Notes: a model not told the origin generated them from the letters alone. Numbered from the stretch's first letter, positions 50,101-59,529 are shown. The stretch: DNA of 64,000 bases from Aulosira sp. ZfuVER01 (GCA_034530615.2 JAVRCV020000049.1:32001-96000); one strand, 5' to 3'. Numbers and translations are program-made.

Positions 50101-50919
50101 CTCCAGCAGCGTCTAGAAAGCTCGCTTCTAGGACAAGCAGTACTTGATGCCGCACTGGCTCTGAAGTTGATTTTACAACACCAAGAATCTTTCACTTTGG
50201 ATTTAGCCGACCAGCGATGGATCTTGGAACGGCGAGATTTGGAGAGCCAAGTATTAGTTCCGTTTGTGCGCCGCCTCAACCGCGAACTTAACAAGTTGCT
50301 GGTAGCTCGTGGTATACCCACAGAAGCAATTAATCAGGCTGTCTTGACTGGTGGAGTTGCTTCCATCGCCACAATCAACCGTTGGCTGAAGCAAAAACTC
50401 CCCAACGCCAAAATTATTCACGATTCATATTTGGGTGAAAATGGCGCTCCTAGCTGTAGCCGAGTTGCCTATGGTTTGGCGATGTTACCCTTACATCCCC
50501 AGGTTTTAGACATAGCCAGACAACAATACACCGATTATTTCTTGTTTACAGAATTACTGCGGCTGTTGCCAGACCGACCCCTATCTTTTAGTGAAGTTAT
50601 TCATTTATTTGAGGGACGGGGCGTTAATACCCGCACTTGTCAGCAACGCCTCTTGGCTTTCTTGGAAGGTGAGTTACCTGCGGGTTTAATCCCTAACAGT
50701 CCTGATTCCTCTTGGCTCACCCAAAGTTCCCAAGATAACCCAGACTATCATGCGATCGCCTCAGCCCCACTTTTTGAAAAACAAGGTAATCTCACCTATC
50801 GTCCTAATTCTCAACAACTTTTGTCTCTGCGTCGCTATCTAGAAGCAATCAAGGCTAGTACTCGGCAATCTTTAGAAGAACCATACACACTTAATTTTTT
50901 CTTAGAGGTTGCTCATTAG
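47113..50919 (+). CDS. Large hypothetical protein: coiled-coil N-terminus, acidic linker, Hsp70/actin-like ATPase fold C-terminus
   Basis: YLGIDLGTTG (phosphate-1), IEEAIA, LNIGATAT, VLTGGVASI, VAYGLA. Confidence 0.75.
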   Translation: MTSHADEIQRLIADIDNLLANNGKRLSKLLSGQAQEPREVLERTRDFLSRLQESELLSKDGQNKPSEPKPLSPLLAKFVDQNHQQSLTQNKQANEEQSTATLLQKLNSEVSVLLQPLQGELAGLLQERANLVQEIRQLEQRRSQNYSLSQQLAHQEQIINDFLQVLTNRLLPTLTSQLTQKFANVPISATTSNNANSDATLSSNPDGVEQLTRLGREFDQRLLSLDGTVNVVFEALQRNIHTYQESLSQAIARMHSQGVQGEQVMASFVNNLTQYLQQFPGYQPSLSTIKTETINLQALQPAYPQPELETQRSPIQPQTDAANTEDLDAVLLEFVTDAPQSSQTTTAATPTAFQPESSQADEVDQLYASLFGTEDVTPKVVANEVVPQETVTLADVDITDSTPVASTNQVQSVDAAVETAASIKEAIPPQLEAIPDSPAQSTDSSPEWEDLFFEEVTDTTSLPVEAVTATESQASVETITALTDLVVDVAAQQQVIPAPSPAKEVIKTTTVTPAAQKPEVVILHEEQDKSLDSYIAASPQENLLSPEVTANMPDISLDDEQLQLLDQDLADFDGLLNSASEESTFPELTENTSPEAFNNTEMPQLASGNFPQPEVELDFSPIIEKKTALSTAQGVNYPEISSQDILKSRWYLGIDLGTTGISATLLNSSTCVVYPIYWSAETQAGAASFQQSFRLPAEVYLPTASVPQGETENTENLPSNAAPSKNTPYSAQLKPYLQVAIPYKSARQKWEPVLQFNEFSAGPLIWIVRSLSKLLLTLKSDRQSTTQGLTAAAVGLNEASFRTIINNLAGAICTCPSSCSEQYRFNVREALLTSKLVQHPQQVFFIEEAIASLLSVLNAANGETVQISSTQGLHPVQNEQPLLGNTLALNIGATATEMTLVDLPENLSEFTHHDFMLHNFAYGGKGIEQDIICQLLLPPKSRRSRAEISADSQVSSQPGLWQSTIPGLDQMQWQSLGLEELELPRVGEPDISARVRLQQRLESSLLGQAVLDAALALKLILQHQESFTLDLADQRWILERRDLESQVLVPFVRRLNRELNKLLVARGIPTEAINQAVLTGGVASIATINRWLKQKLPNAKIIHDSYLGENGAPSCSRVAYGLAMLPLHPQVLDIARQQYTDYFLFTELLRLLPDRPLSFSEVIHLFEGRGVNTRTCQQRLLAFLEGELPAGLIPNSPDSSWLTQSSQDNPDYHAIASAPLFEKQGNLTYRPNSQQLLSLRRYLEAIKASTRQSLEEPYTLNFFLEVAH

Positions 50920-50947
50920 TCTGCCGACATAGCCCGAAATTGAGTTT

Positions 50948-50973
50948 GTAGTAAGCACTTAAGTGCTTACTAC
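50948..50973. repeat. Perfect 26-bp palindrome downstream of the large gene
   Basis: gtagtaagcactt|aagtgcttactac. Confidence 0.7.
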
Positions 50974-51170
50974 GAGCTTTCACATATCACGTATTGCTAA
51001 ATTTTACAAAAACATACTGAATATTTACAATACCTTTCCAAATTGAAAGATTGTATAAAGTTGGCGTTAAAAGATAAAAAAATTGTCTATATTAGCACTC
51101 AGTACACATCTCAGTAGAAACTGAAAATACAGTAGAAACGGTAAAATTCAACAAAAACCGAAGGCCAACT

Positions 51171-51878
51171 ATGTCCATGTCTACTTTTACTACTGATGAA
51201 AAAGGCTGTATTGGGGATAATTTAACTTTATTGAGCCATATTGATTCAGTAAATTTATCACCGCAGCCTTTACACCCTTCTATCAGCAGCATAACAAAAC
51301 GATTAATCGATATTTTCGGTGCCATTATCGGACTAGCGATTACAGCCTTAGTAGCAATTCCTGTCGCCATTGCTAGTTTTGTTGATAATCCAGGTCCGAT
51401 ATTTTATTGCCAAGTTCGTTGTGGGCTTGACGGTAAACCCTTCCGTATGTGGAAGTTCCGCTCGATGATTGTCAACGCTGACAAACTCAAGCATCTAGTG
51501 AAAAACCAAGCTCAAGGCCACATTTTTAAATCTGTAGACGACCCACGTATTACTCGCGTAGGTAAATTTCTGCGGCGTACCAGCCTAGACGAATTACCTC
51601 AGTTTTGGAACGTCCTATTGGGAGACATGAGCCTTGTTGGTACTCGTCCACCCACTCCTGATGAAGTTATCAATTACGAACCACACCACTGGAAAAGATT
51701 GCGAGTCAAGCCAGGTATGACTGGCGAATGGCAAGTTAACGGTCGTTCCAGCATTAACGATTTTGAAACTGTCGTCAGCATGGATATCGATTATCAGCGT
51801 AAGTGGTCTATCGGTTACGACCTGAGTCTAATTTTGAAGACTATCCACGTGGTGCTTTTAAAAAGCGGTGCTTATTAA
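51171..51878 (+). CDS. Bacterial sugar transferase (phosphoglycosyl transferase)
   Basis: KRLIDI, KFRSM, DPRITRVGKFLRRTSLDELPQFWNVL.GDMSLVGTRP. Confidence 0.92.
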   Translation: MSMSTFTTDEKGCIGDNLTLLSHIDSVNLSPQPLHPSISSITKRLIDIFGAIIGLAITALVAIPVAIASFVDNPGPIFYCQVRCGLDGKPFRMWKFRSMIVNADKLKHLVKNQAQGHIFKSVDDPRITRVGKFLRRTSLDELPQFWNVLLGDMSLVGTRPPTPDEVINYEPHHWKRLRVKPGMTGEWQVNGRSSINDFETVVSMDIDYQRKWSIGYDLSLILKTIHVVLLKSGAY

Positions 51879-51993
51879 GTTGTTGCCACTCTTACTAACT
51901 AGGGTGCGCCTATCTCAAGAGGAGACAAAGTTCAACATTATGAATTCAAATTCCAGGCATTCTGGGAATTTATAATATTGAATTTTGAATTGT

Positions 51994-52836
51994 TTAACCT
52001 TTAACCCCACTACCAGTTTCCGTAGGTACAATATAGCGTTGCAAGAAGAGAAAAAGTACCAATACAGGGGCAATAGAAATTACCGAACCAGCAGCTACCA
52101 AACGCCAATCAAGAGAAAAAGTACCTGCAAGCTTTGCGACTCCTAGGGGAAGAGTGTATAGATTTTCGTCTTGAATGACAATTAACGGCCAAAGAAAGTC
52201 ACTCCAAGAACCGATAAAGACGAAAATCGCCAGGGTCACAAGTGCCGGACGAATGGCTGGCAACATAATATACCACCACAAACCTAACTCGGAGCTGCCA
52301 TCCATACGGGCAGCTTCTTCTATTTCTTTAGGAACGCTCATAAAGGCCTGTCGCAGCAGAAAAATGCCAAAAGCAGAAGCTAAACTCGGAAAAATCATGC
52401 CCAAATAAGTATTTCTCAAGCCTATTTGGACTGTCAAAATATATAGTGGAATCATCACGATTTGAAAGGGAATCATAATCGTGGAAACAATGGCGATAAA
52501 AATCCAATCTCGCCCAGGAAATGATAGTCGCGCTAAAGGGTAAGCTGCTAAAGCGCAAAAAAGCAGATTTAAAATAACAGTTAGTACCGCTACTAAAGTG
52601 CTGTTATATAAGTACTGTGCAAAAGGTAGAGACTGCCAGACACTAGAGAAATTATCCAGTGTCGGTTGACTGGGTAATAGTTGCGGTGGTGACTGCCAAA
52701 TATTTTCTGTGGGAGATTTTAAGGCTGTACTGATTAGCCAGAGCAATGGGAACAGCGTTAATATTGCGATCGCTCCCAATAGCCCATAAATTCCTAATAT
52801 TTGCAGTCGTGATTTGTGATTTTGCCAATTAATCAT
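51994..52836 (-). CDS. Carbohydrate ABC transporter permease (MalG type)
   Basis: TM helices and EAA motif EIEEAARMDG, WSDFLWP. Confidence 0.92.
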   Translation of the reverse strand: MINWQNHKSRLQILGIYGLLGAIAILTLFPLLWLISTALKSPTENIWQSPPQLLPSQPTLDNFSSVWQSLPFAQYLYNSTLVAVLTVILNLLFCALAAYPLARLSFPGRDWIFIAIVSTIMIPFQIVMIPLYILTVQIGLRNTYLGMIFPSLASAFGIFLLRQAFMSVPKEIEEAARMDGSSELGLWWYIMLPAIRPALVTLAIFVFIGSWSDFLWPLIVIQDENLYTLPLGVAKLAGTFSLDWRLVAAGSVISIAPVLVLFLFLQRYIVPTETGSGVKG

Positions 52837-52970
52837 CTGCTTGGTTTGTGTTATTGATCCGACGGGACAACAAAATAGCCTCTAAAACTTGCGAGTTAAA
52901 GTTACTAATAACATATTTGTCTAATAAAATCTTGTGTAAAATCAAAATAATTAACCAGAAGAATTAAATC

Positions 52971-53291
52971 ATGCAACTCGACGATTACTTCAACTTCCTT
53001 ACCCCTAACGACATTCGTTTAAAAGGTTCTCGAATTGGGATCGAAACCATTTTAAATGAATATATTTATCAGCGTCATTCTCCTGAAATCATTGCCGAAA
53101 CATATCCCAGTCTTACCCTAGAACAAGTTTATGCCACTATTCTCTATTACCTACATAACCAAGAATCAGTTACTCAATATATGGCAGATTGGCTAAAATA
53201 CTGCCAAGAATCTGCAAAACAACAAGATGAAAATCCACCCGAATATATTTTGAGGCTGCGTCAAATCAAAGCCCAAAGAGGGATTGCATGA
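52971..53291 (+). CDS. DUF433 protein (antitoxin-like)
   Basis: IRLKGSRIGIE...PE.IAETYPSLTLEQVYATILYY. Confidence 0.87.
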   Translation: MQLDDYFNFLTPNDIRLKGSRIGIETILNEYIYQRHSPEIIAETYPSLTLEQVYATILYYLHNQESVTQYMADWLKYCQESAKQQDENPPEYILRLRQIKAQRGIA

Positions 53292-53643
53292 CAATTAAAT
53301 ACTTAATTGTCATGCAATCCCTCTTTACCAACAACAATTGTTACGCTATCAACCAGGGTTAACTGTTTTAATGGTTGGAGAACCTGCTACTCCTCCCAAA
53401 GGAACTTTAGACCCAGAAATTTTAATATGGTGCGAGTTACATAACTTTATTCTTGTCACAAATAATCGTACTTCTATGCCCATTCATCTAGCAGAACATC
53501 TCACGCAAAAACATCATATCCCCGGTATTTTTGTGTTACGTCGCAAAGCAACTATCGGACAGATTATCAACGATTTAATTTTTATTGCTCAAGTAAACGA
53601 TTCCGAAGAATTTTTAGACCGTATTACTCACATTCCTCTGTAA
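53288..53643 (+). pseudogene. DUF5615 PIN-like protein, frameshifted near the 5' end
   Basis: The ATGA-coupled start at 53288 gives MTIKYLI. The continuation PLYQQQLLRYQ...DPEILIWC...ILVTNNR is in another frame, with 11 nt between them. Confidence 0.7.
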
Positions 53644-53696
53644 TTTCTAAAATAAAAAGTATTAATCCTGTTTCTGCCAAAAAACCGAACCAAATT

Positions 53697-54293
53697 TTAT
53701 AATTTGCTCAATTTAGTTTCTGTAGCAACAAAGTGTAACGGTTGATCCCAATGTTCAACAGGTAGTTGGGGTAAATAAGCAAAATCAAACACAATTCCGA
53801 TAGTTGGTTTTGTCGCCCATTCTGGTGAACTGAGCAAGCGATCGTAATATCCGCCGCCATAGCCTAAGCGATATCCTTGATAATCGCAAGCAACACCAGG
53901 AACAAGAATCAAATCTACTTCCGCCGGGTTTATAGTTGGCGCATGGGGATGGGGTTCGGTAATGCCATAACTACTGATTGTTACAGAATCTTTGGCAGTC
54001 CAGACGTGCCAATGCATGGATTTGCCAACACAACGCGGAAATCCCCAACGGTATTTATTATCTGCAAACAGCGAACTCAGGTCAGGTTCTTGGCGAAAAC
54101 TGAAATAAGCAAGTATAGTTTTTGCTTGGGTAAATAAAGTAGAGGTTTGCAGTTGCGTACAGATGCGATCGCTTTTTTCTCTCCACTCGTTTATGTGCAT
54201 TGATTGCCGTTTTTTCAGGAGATGACGACGCAGTTTGGTTTTATCTAATTGCGAATAATGTACTGTCATTAGATTCCAGCATTTCTGAGTCAA
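53697..54293 (-). CDS. 5-formyltetrahydrofolate cyclo-ligase
   Basis: YGITEP, DLILVPGVACD..GYRLGYGGGYYDR. Start probably at a later ATG. Confidence 0.9.
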   Translation of the reverse strand: MTQKCWNLMTVHYSQLDKTKLRRHLLKKRQSMHINEWREKSDRICTQLQTSTLFTQAKTILAYFSFRQEPDLSSLFADNKYRWGFPRCVGKSMHWHVWTAKDSVTISSYGITEPHPHAPTINPAEVDLILVPGVACDYQGYRLGYGGGYYDRLLSSPEWATKPTIGIVFDFAYLPQLPVEHWDQPLHFVATETKLSKL

Positions 54294-54422
54294 TTCCTAA
54301 AGCATCGAGTTGTTCAGGGGAAAGATTATGCAACTTCTCGACAATTCTCTCCCGCTTTTTTGGCTATTTAAATTATGAAATTTACTATTTTATTGAAAAT
54401 TTTACCAGGGCACAACATTGTC

Positions 54423-54626
54423 CATTGGTGTCAACTTAAGCTAAAAATAGCCTCTGTGTTAGCTTTGTCGCCCGCCTGAGAATGAATTATCAGGCTAATA
54501 GCCCAAGTCTACTGAAGTAGACTCAAGATTTTGAGGATATTTAGTCATCTTCAGATGACTTTTGCTATTAGCAAGGAACTAAAGTTCCTTGCGGTAACAG
54601 GGTTTCGCGTTAAGTTGACACGTATG
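54423..54626. mobile_element. 204-bp MITE with 17-bp imperfect TIRs and 9-bp target-site duplication
   Basis: TIR cattggtgtcaacttaa / ttaagttgacacgtatg. TSD aacattgtc at 54414-54422 and 54627-54635. Confidence 0.82.
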
Positions 54627-54726
54627 AACATTGTCGTGCCCCTACGAATGGTGTGTATTCTATGGAATTGAGGAAGGGAGATATTTAATAGAGAGGAAGC
54701 GCAAACAGCCTATAAGAAGGTGAACC

Positions 54727-55815
54727 CTAAATACGACTCTTGCCTAAACCAGCTACACTACGGGAATGACCATTCTGAGCAAATCGCTTTTGCAGAATTT
54801 GTCGATAAACTTCTTCATAACTGTCAGTCATTTTTTCCAGGCTAAAGCGGTTTTCCACATACTGCCTACAAGCTTGTCGGTCTAAATCTGTCACTTTATC
54901 AATGGCACTGACGAACTCTTCAACATTTTCGCAGAGGAAGCCGGTTTTTCCGTGGTCAATTACTTCGACTGTAGATCCAAGTTTCATAGCAATCACTGGC
55001 GTGCCTGCGGCCATAGATTCAACCATGACTAATCCAAATGGTTCTCGCCAAGTGATGGGGAATAAAGTTGCTACTGCACCTCCCATGAGGGCATTTTTTT
55101 GATTATGGTCTGCTTCACCCAAATACTCAATTTGTTTGCCGTCAATTAGCGGTTTGATTTCTTGTTCGTAATACTCTACATCAACGACATCTACCTTCCC
55201 GGCGATTTTTAAATGCCAGCCAGCTTGTTTGGCAATTGCGATCGCTAAATGTGTTCCTTTCTCTGGAGATATCCTTCCCAAAAATGCTAAGTAAGGGGGA
55301 TCGCTGGGTTGAGCATGGAATTTATAAGTGCTAACATCAATCCCGTTATATGCATTTCCTACATAATTCAGCCCTAATCTTGGTTCCCGTTGGGCATTGG
55401 AGATACTGATATAAGGTTGATTTTTAGCAAATTTAAACATCTTTTCGTTGTCAGGGGTAAAAATCCCGTGCAAGGTATGAACTGTGGGGGTTTTTACAAG
55501 ATTCGCATAGGGTAGTGCTGCACAACCCATGTGGGAGTGAATAATATCAAACTTTTCTGCTTGCTCGTAAACTAAACCCAATTGCAACATCTCGTAGATG
55601 CCATACTCTTTGATATTAGGATCGAGTCTGAGGGCGCGGGGGTGAACTGATTCTAGTTCTGCCAAACTGATAGAATCTCCCGATGCAAATAGTGTAACTT
55701 CATGTCCGCGTCGCACCAGTTCATCGGTCAGCAACCCCACTACTAACTCTATACCTCCATAAGCTGGAGGCGGTACTCTCTCCCATAGTGGGGCTATCTG
55801 AGCAATTCGCATCAC
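54727..55815 (-). CDS. Glycosyltransferase family 4
   Basis: MRIAQIAP..E.VPP..YGG.E, GRISPEKG, EPFGLVMVESMAAGTPV. Confidence 0.93.
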   Translation of the reverse strand: MMRIAQIAPLWERVPPPAYGGIELVVGLLTDELVRRGHEVTLFASGDSISLAELESVHPRALRLDPNIKEYGIYEMLQLGLVYEQAEKFDIIHSHMGCAALPYANLVKTPTVHTLHGIFTPDNEKMFKFAKNQPYISISNAQREPRLGLNYVGNAYNGIDVSTYKFHAQPSDPPYLAFLGRISPEKGTHLAIAIAKQAGWHLKIAGKVDVVDVEYYEQEIKPLIDGKQIEYLGEADHNQKNALMGGAVATLFPITWREPFGLVMVESMAAGTPVIAMKLGSTVEVIDHGKTGFLCENVEEFVSAIDKVTDLDRQACRQYVENRFSLEKMTDSYEEVYRQILQKRFAQNGHSRSVAGLGKSRI

Positions 55816-56330
55816 AAACCTCCTAAAAATTTAGCTCCTGAAAAGTTTGTCTTGGCTGAGATATGAGAAATTTCTGCTTTGTAAGCTGCGTGTTCCATGA
55901 ATAATTTCAAGCAATGCGATTTGAGCCCAAAGCTATCTTTGAACGCCAAGCAAATTATTAATTACTTGAGAATTCTAGGATTTAACTGCCAGCTTTTTCT
56001 TCTACCTTTGTAGGGAAATTATCTTCTCCTCTAGAGTGAAAATTTATATTTTTGGTTTCAACTGTGCTATATTTATGTATCTATATTTTTTCCCAAAGGT
56101 TTCTCAAATTCATTGATTCTGCGCTAATTCTGCACTAGTTTAATCCTTGATCGAGATTCACAACAAATTGCATTTACTACCTTTTTGGGGAGACTTAAAT
56201 TGAGAATTTCAAGTATATGCAGTTATAATTGCTGATAACTGAATGGCTTATGTATTCGATAGTATTGACTTTTTTAGATAATGCGAATAAAATTATTGGC
56301 TGATTAAAATTAACTAAAAAAATAAATAAC

Positions 56331-57131
56331 GTGAATATTTCTCCATCTTCCAAAAAACCGCGTGCCGCATGGCAGGCGGTTTTATCAGTAATTATATTTA
56401 TCTTTATGTACCTACCTATACTAGTACTGGCTTTTTATAGCTTCAACAAGTCGCCTTACAGTGCAAGTTGGCAAGGATTCACTCTCGATTGGTATCGCCA
56501 ATTATTCAGTGATGAGCGCATTGTGTCGGCTTTGTGGAATAGTTTAATAGTTGCCTTTAGTGCGGTGGCTATTTCCGCCGTGTTGGGAACGTTAATGGCA
56601 GTCGGTTTGGCACGTTATCAGTTTCCACTCAAGAAATTGTATCAGGGCATTTCTTATTTACCGTTGATTATCCCTGATATTGCGATCGCAGTAGCTACCC
56701 TAGTTTTTTTAGCAGCATTTGCGATTCCCCTCAGTTTGTGGACAATTATCGCGGCTCATGTGGTGTTTTGCCTCGCCTACGTTGCACTTGTGGTTACTTC
56801 CCGACTCTCTCACTTAAATCCCCATTTAGAGGAAGCTGCTTTAGATTTAGGTGCAACACCAGTACAGGCTTTTATCAAAGTATTATTACCTCAATTAATG
56901 CCTGGTATTATTGCCGGTTGTCTGCTGGCTTTTGTTTTGAGTTTAGATGATTTCCTCATCGCTAGTTTTACCGCAGGTAGTGGTTCTAACACCCTACCAA
57001 TGGAAATTTTTAGTCGCATTAGAACTGGAGTCAAACCTGATATTAATGCTCTCAGCGTAATTTTAATTTTAGTCTCTGCAATCGTCGCTTTTGTAGCAGA
57101 ATTAATTCGCGCGTACGGAGATGAAATCTAA
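56331..57131 (+). CDS. Polyamine-type ABC transporter permease (PotC-like)
   Basis: YLP...YSFN, GFTLDWY, LEEAALDLGA, LSLDDF, TLPMEIFS. Confidence 0.88.
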   Translation: MNISPSSKKPRAAWQAVLSVIIFIFMYLPILVLAFYSFNKSPYSASWQGFTLDWYRQLFSDERIVSALWNSLIVAFSAVAISAVLGTLMAVGLARYQFPLKKLYQGISYLPLIIPDIAIAVATLVFLAAFAIPLSLWTIIAAHVVFCLAYVALVVTSRLSHLNPHLEEAALDLGATPVQAFIKVLLPQLMPGIIAGCLLAFVLSLDDFLIASFTAGSGSNTLPMEIFSRIRTGVKPDINALSVILILVSAIVAFVAELIRAYGDEI

Positions 57132-57212
57132 ATTTTTTATTTAATTCTCAAGCAAAGCTATTCCAGAAGCTGATTTAAATTTCTTGTATCAAACCTATTC
57201 TTTGATATTAGC

Positions 57213-57228
57213 TGTATTCACAAATACA
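57213..57228 (+). promoter_or_regulatory. NtcA-box consensus match
   Basis: tGTAttcacaaaTACa, followed by TTGACA (57241-57246), an 18-nt spacer and TATTAT, upstream of the kinase pair. Confidence 0.4.
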
Positions 57229-57482
57229 ACACTCATCCCCTTGACAACTTTAGGAATTTGCAATTATTATTCTCTCTGTAATGAAAATGATTGCGCTCAT
57301 ATATACTCATATTTAAAAAGTTACAAACAGAAAACAACAAATAAATAAAAATGCTCTATCTGTATTTACTCACCTAAGTATCTACACAGATTGAGTCAGT
57401 CCATATTTATTTGTCTATACATCTGTTTTCACTTCGATAATATTGGGGCTAACTTTGGACAAGATGCTATCTCCCCTACATT

Positions 57483-59327
57483 ATGCAAATCTGCCAAAAT
57501 CCCAATTGCTCAAATCCATTCAATCATGACGGCAATAGATTTTGCATAAGTTGTGGACAAAGCAACTTTGGCAAACTACTCAGAAACCGCTACCGTGTCT
57601 TAAGGCTATTAGGTGAAGGTGGTTTTAGTAGAACTTATGCAGCAGAAGACGTAGATAGACTAGATGCTCCCTGTGTCATTAAGCAATTTTTTCCGCAAGT
57701 TCAAGGAACTGGACAACGTCAGAAAGCAGCAGAATTCTTTAAAGAAGAAGCATTTCGGCTGTATGAACTAGGAGAAAATCATACCCAAATTCCCCGCTTA
57801 CTAGCTTATTTTGAACAAGGTTCCAGTTTATATCTCATACAAGAATTTATTCAAGGAAAAACACTTTTACAAGAAGTTCAAGAACAATGCTTTACTGAAC
57901 AAGAAATTCGTCAACTTTTAGCTGATTTATTACCTATTCTTGATTTTATCCACTCGCATAATGTTATTCATCGGGATATCAAACCAGAAAATATTATCCG
58001 CCGCGATAGCGATGGGAAACCCGTATTAATAGATTTTGGCGGTGCTAAACAGGTAACACAAACAAGTTTAGCCAGACAAGCTACAGTAATTTATACAATA
58101 GGTTATGCTCCCACAGAACAAATGGCTGGATTTGCTTGTCACGCCAGCGATTTATATGCTTTGGGTGTAACTTGTGTGCGTCTTTTAACTCGATGTTTGC
58201 CCTTACAAAATAGTGATGGACAGATTGAAGACAATCTTTATGATGCTATGAATGCTAAGTGGTTATGGACAGAGCGTTTGCAAGAAAATGGTATTATCAT
58301 CAGCGATGGGTTAGCAAAAATTTTAGATAAATTACTCCAACATTTACCAAAGGATAGATATCAATCTGCAAGCGAAGTTCTCAATAATTTGAAGTCTACA
58401 ACCACATCAGAATTAGAAGCAGAGATTTTGGCAATTTCTCAACGTATATTCTTGCCTGTATCAATGCCAACAAAACCACAGAAAGTCATAAAACCTCTAC
58501 CCTCTCTACAAAGCTTTGAATTTGACGTGGTAACTGTAGATACAGCAGGTAGAGAAGTAAACCGCGATCGCCTGCATAGCAAATATTTTACAGAAGAATT
58601 GGGTAAAGCGATCGCCCTAGAAATGGTAGCAATTCCTGGTGGTACTTTCATGATGGGTTCGCCAGAATTTGAGGGTGATGCTGACGAACGTCCCCAACAC
58701 AAAGTTACAGTTGCACCCTTTTTCATGGGGAAATTTCCGGTAACTCAAGCCCAGTGGAAAGCCGTAGCCGCCTTACCGAAAGTCAAACAACCTTTAAATC
58801 CCAACCCATCGAAAAACAAAGGCCCAAATCGACCAGTAGAAAATGTATCCTGGCATGAAGCTGTAGAATTTTGTCTCAGGCTAGCCGAAAAAACTGGACG
58901 CGACTATCGTTTACCCAGCGAAGCCGAATGGGAATATGCTTGTCGCGCTGGAACCAAAACATCCTTTCATTTTGGCGAAACCATTACGTCAGATTTAGTT
59001 AGCTGTAGTTGTAGCGATAGTAAATCTCGTAAAGAAACCACCAATGTTGGCAGTTTTGAAGTAGCGAACGCCTTTGGATTGTACGATATGCACGGGTTAG
59101 TTTGGGAATGGTGCGCCGATTCTTGGCACAACAATTACAACGGTGCACCCACCGATGGACGTGTTTGGGAAGAAGGTGGTGATATGCATCGCCGGGTGTT
59201 GCGTGGTGGTTCTTGGAGTTTCGGTGCAGAACTTTGTCGCAGCGCCAGTCGTAGTTGGAATGAGTCAGATGGTGGGTTGAGGATTTGTGGCTTTCGAGTT
59301 GTGTTTTCTGCGGAAGGGATGCTTTAA
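57483..59327 (+). CDS. Ser/Thr kinase with N-terminal 4-Cys ribbon and C-terminal FGE-sulfatase (C-type-lectin-fold) domain
   Basis: CQNPNC..CISCG, LGEGGF, HRDIKPEN, DFG, RLPSEAEWEYACRA, GLYDMHG, RGGSW. Confidence 0.92.
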   Translation: MQICQNPNCSNPFNHDGNRFCISCGQSNFGKLLRNRYRVLRLLGEGGFSRTYAAEDVDRLDAPCVIKQFFPQVQGTGQRQKAAEFFKEEAFRLYELGENHTQIPRLLAYFEQGSSLYLIQEFIQGKTLLQEVQEQCFTEQEIRQLLADLLPILDFIHSHNVIHRDIKPENIIRRDSDGKPVLIDFGGAKQVTQTSLARQATVIYTIGYAPTEQMAGFACHASDLYALGVTCVRLLTRCLPLQNSDGQIEDNLYDAMNAKWLWTERLQENGIIISDGLAKILDKLLQHLPKDRYQSASEVLNNLKSTTTSELEAEILAISQRIFLPVSMPTKPQKVIKPLPSLQSFEFDVVTVDTAGREVNRDRLHSKYFTEELGKAIALEMVAIPGGTFMMGSPEFEGDADERPQHKVTVAPFFMGKFPVTQAQWKAVAALPKVKQPLNPNPSKNKGPNRPVENVSWHEAVEFCLRLAEKTGRDYRLPSEAEWEYACRAGTKTSFHFGETITSDLVSCSCSDSKSRKETTNVGSFEVANAFGLYDMHGLVWEWCADSWHNNYNGAPTDGRVWEEGGDMHRRVLRGGSWSFGAELCRSASRSWNESDGGLRICGFRVVFSAEGML

Positions 59328-59529
59328 ATTAGCATTTGCAACTCGTAAACTAACATTTGCGACTCACAAACTTGCTTTTGCAACTCGCAAACTAACATTT
59401 GCGACTCGTAAACTTGCTTTTGCAACTTGCAAACTTGCTTTTGCGATTCACAAACTAACATTTGCAATTCACAAACTTGCTTTTGCGACTCGTAAACTTG
59501 CTTTTGCAACTCACAAACTAACTTTTGCA
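59326..59529. repeat. Tandem 21-bp repeat, about 9.7 copies (aaactWRcWtttgcRactcRY)
   Basis: Contiguous units such as aaactaacatttgcgactcac / aaacttgcttttgcaactcgc, with no spacers. Confidence 0.9.

Noticed and set aside
59326..59529. CRISPR array
   Set aside because: The units are contiguous 21-mers with no unique spacers, and no cas genes are present.
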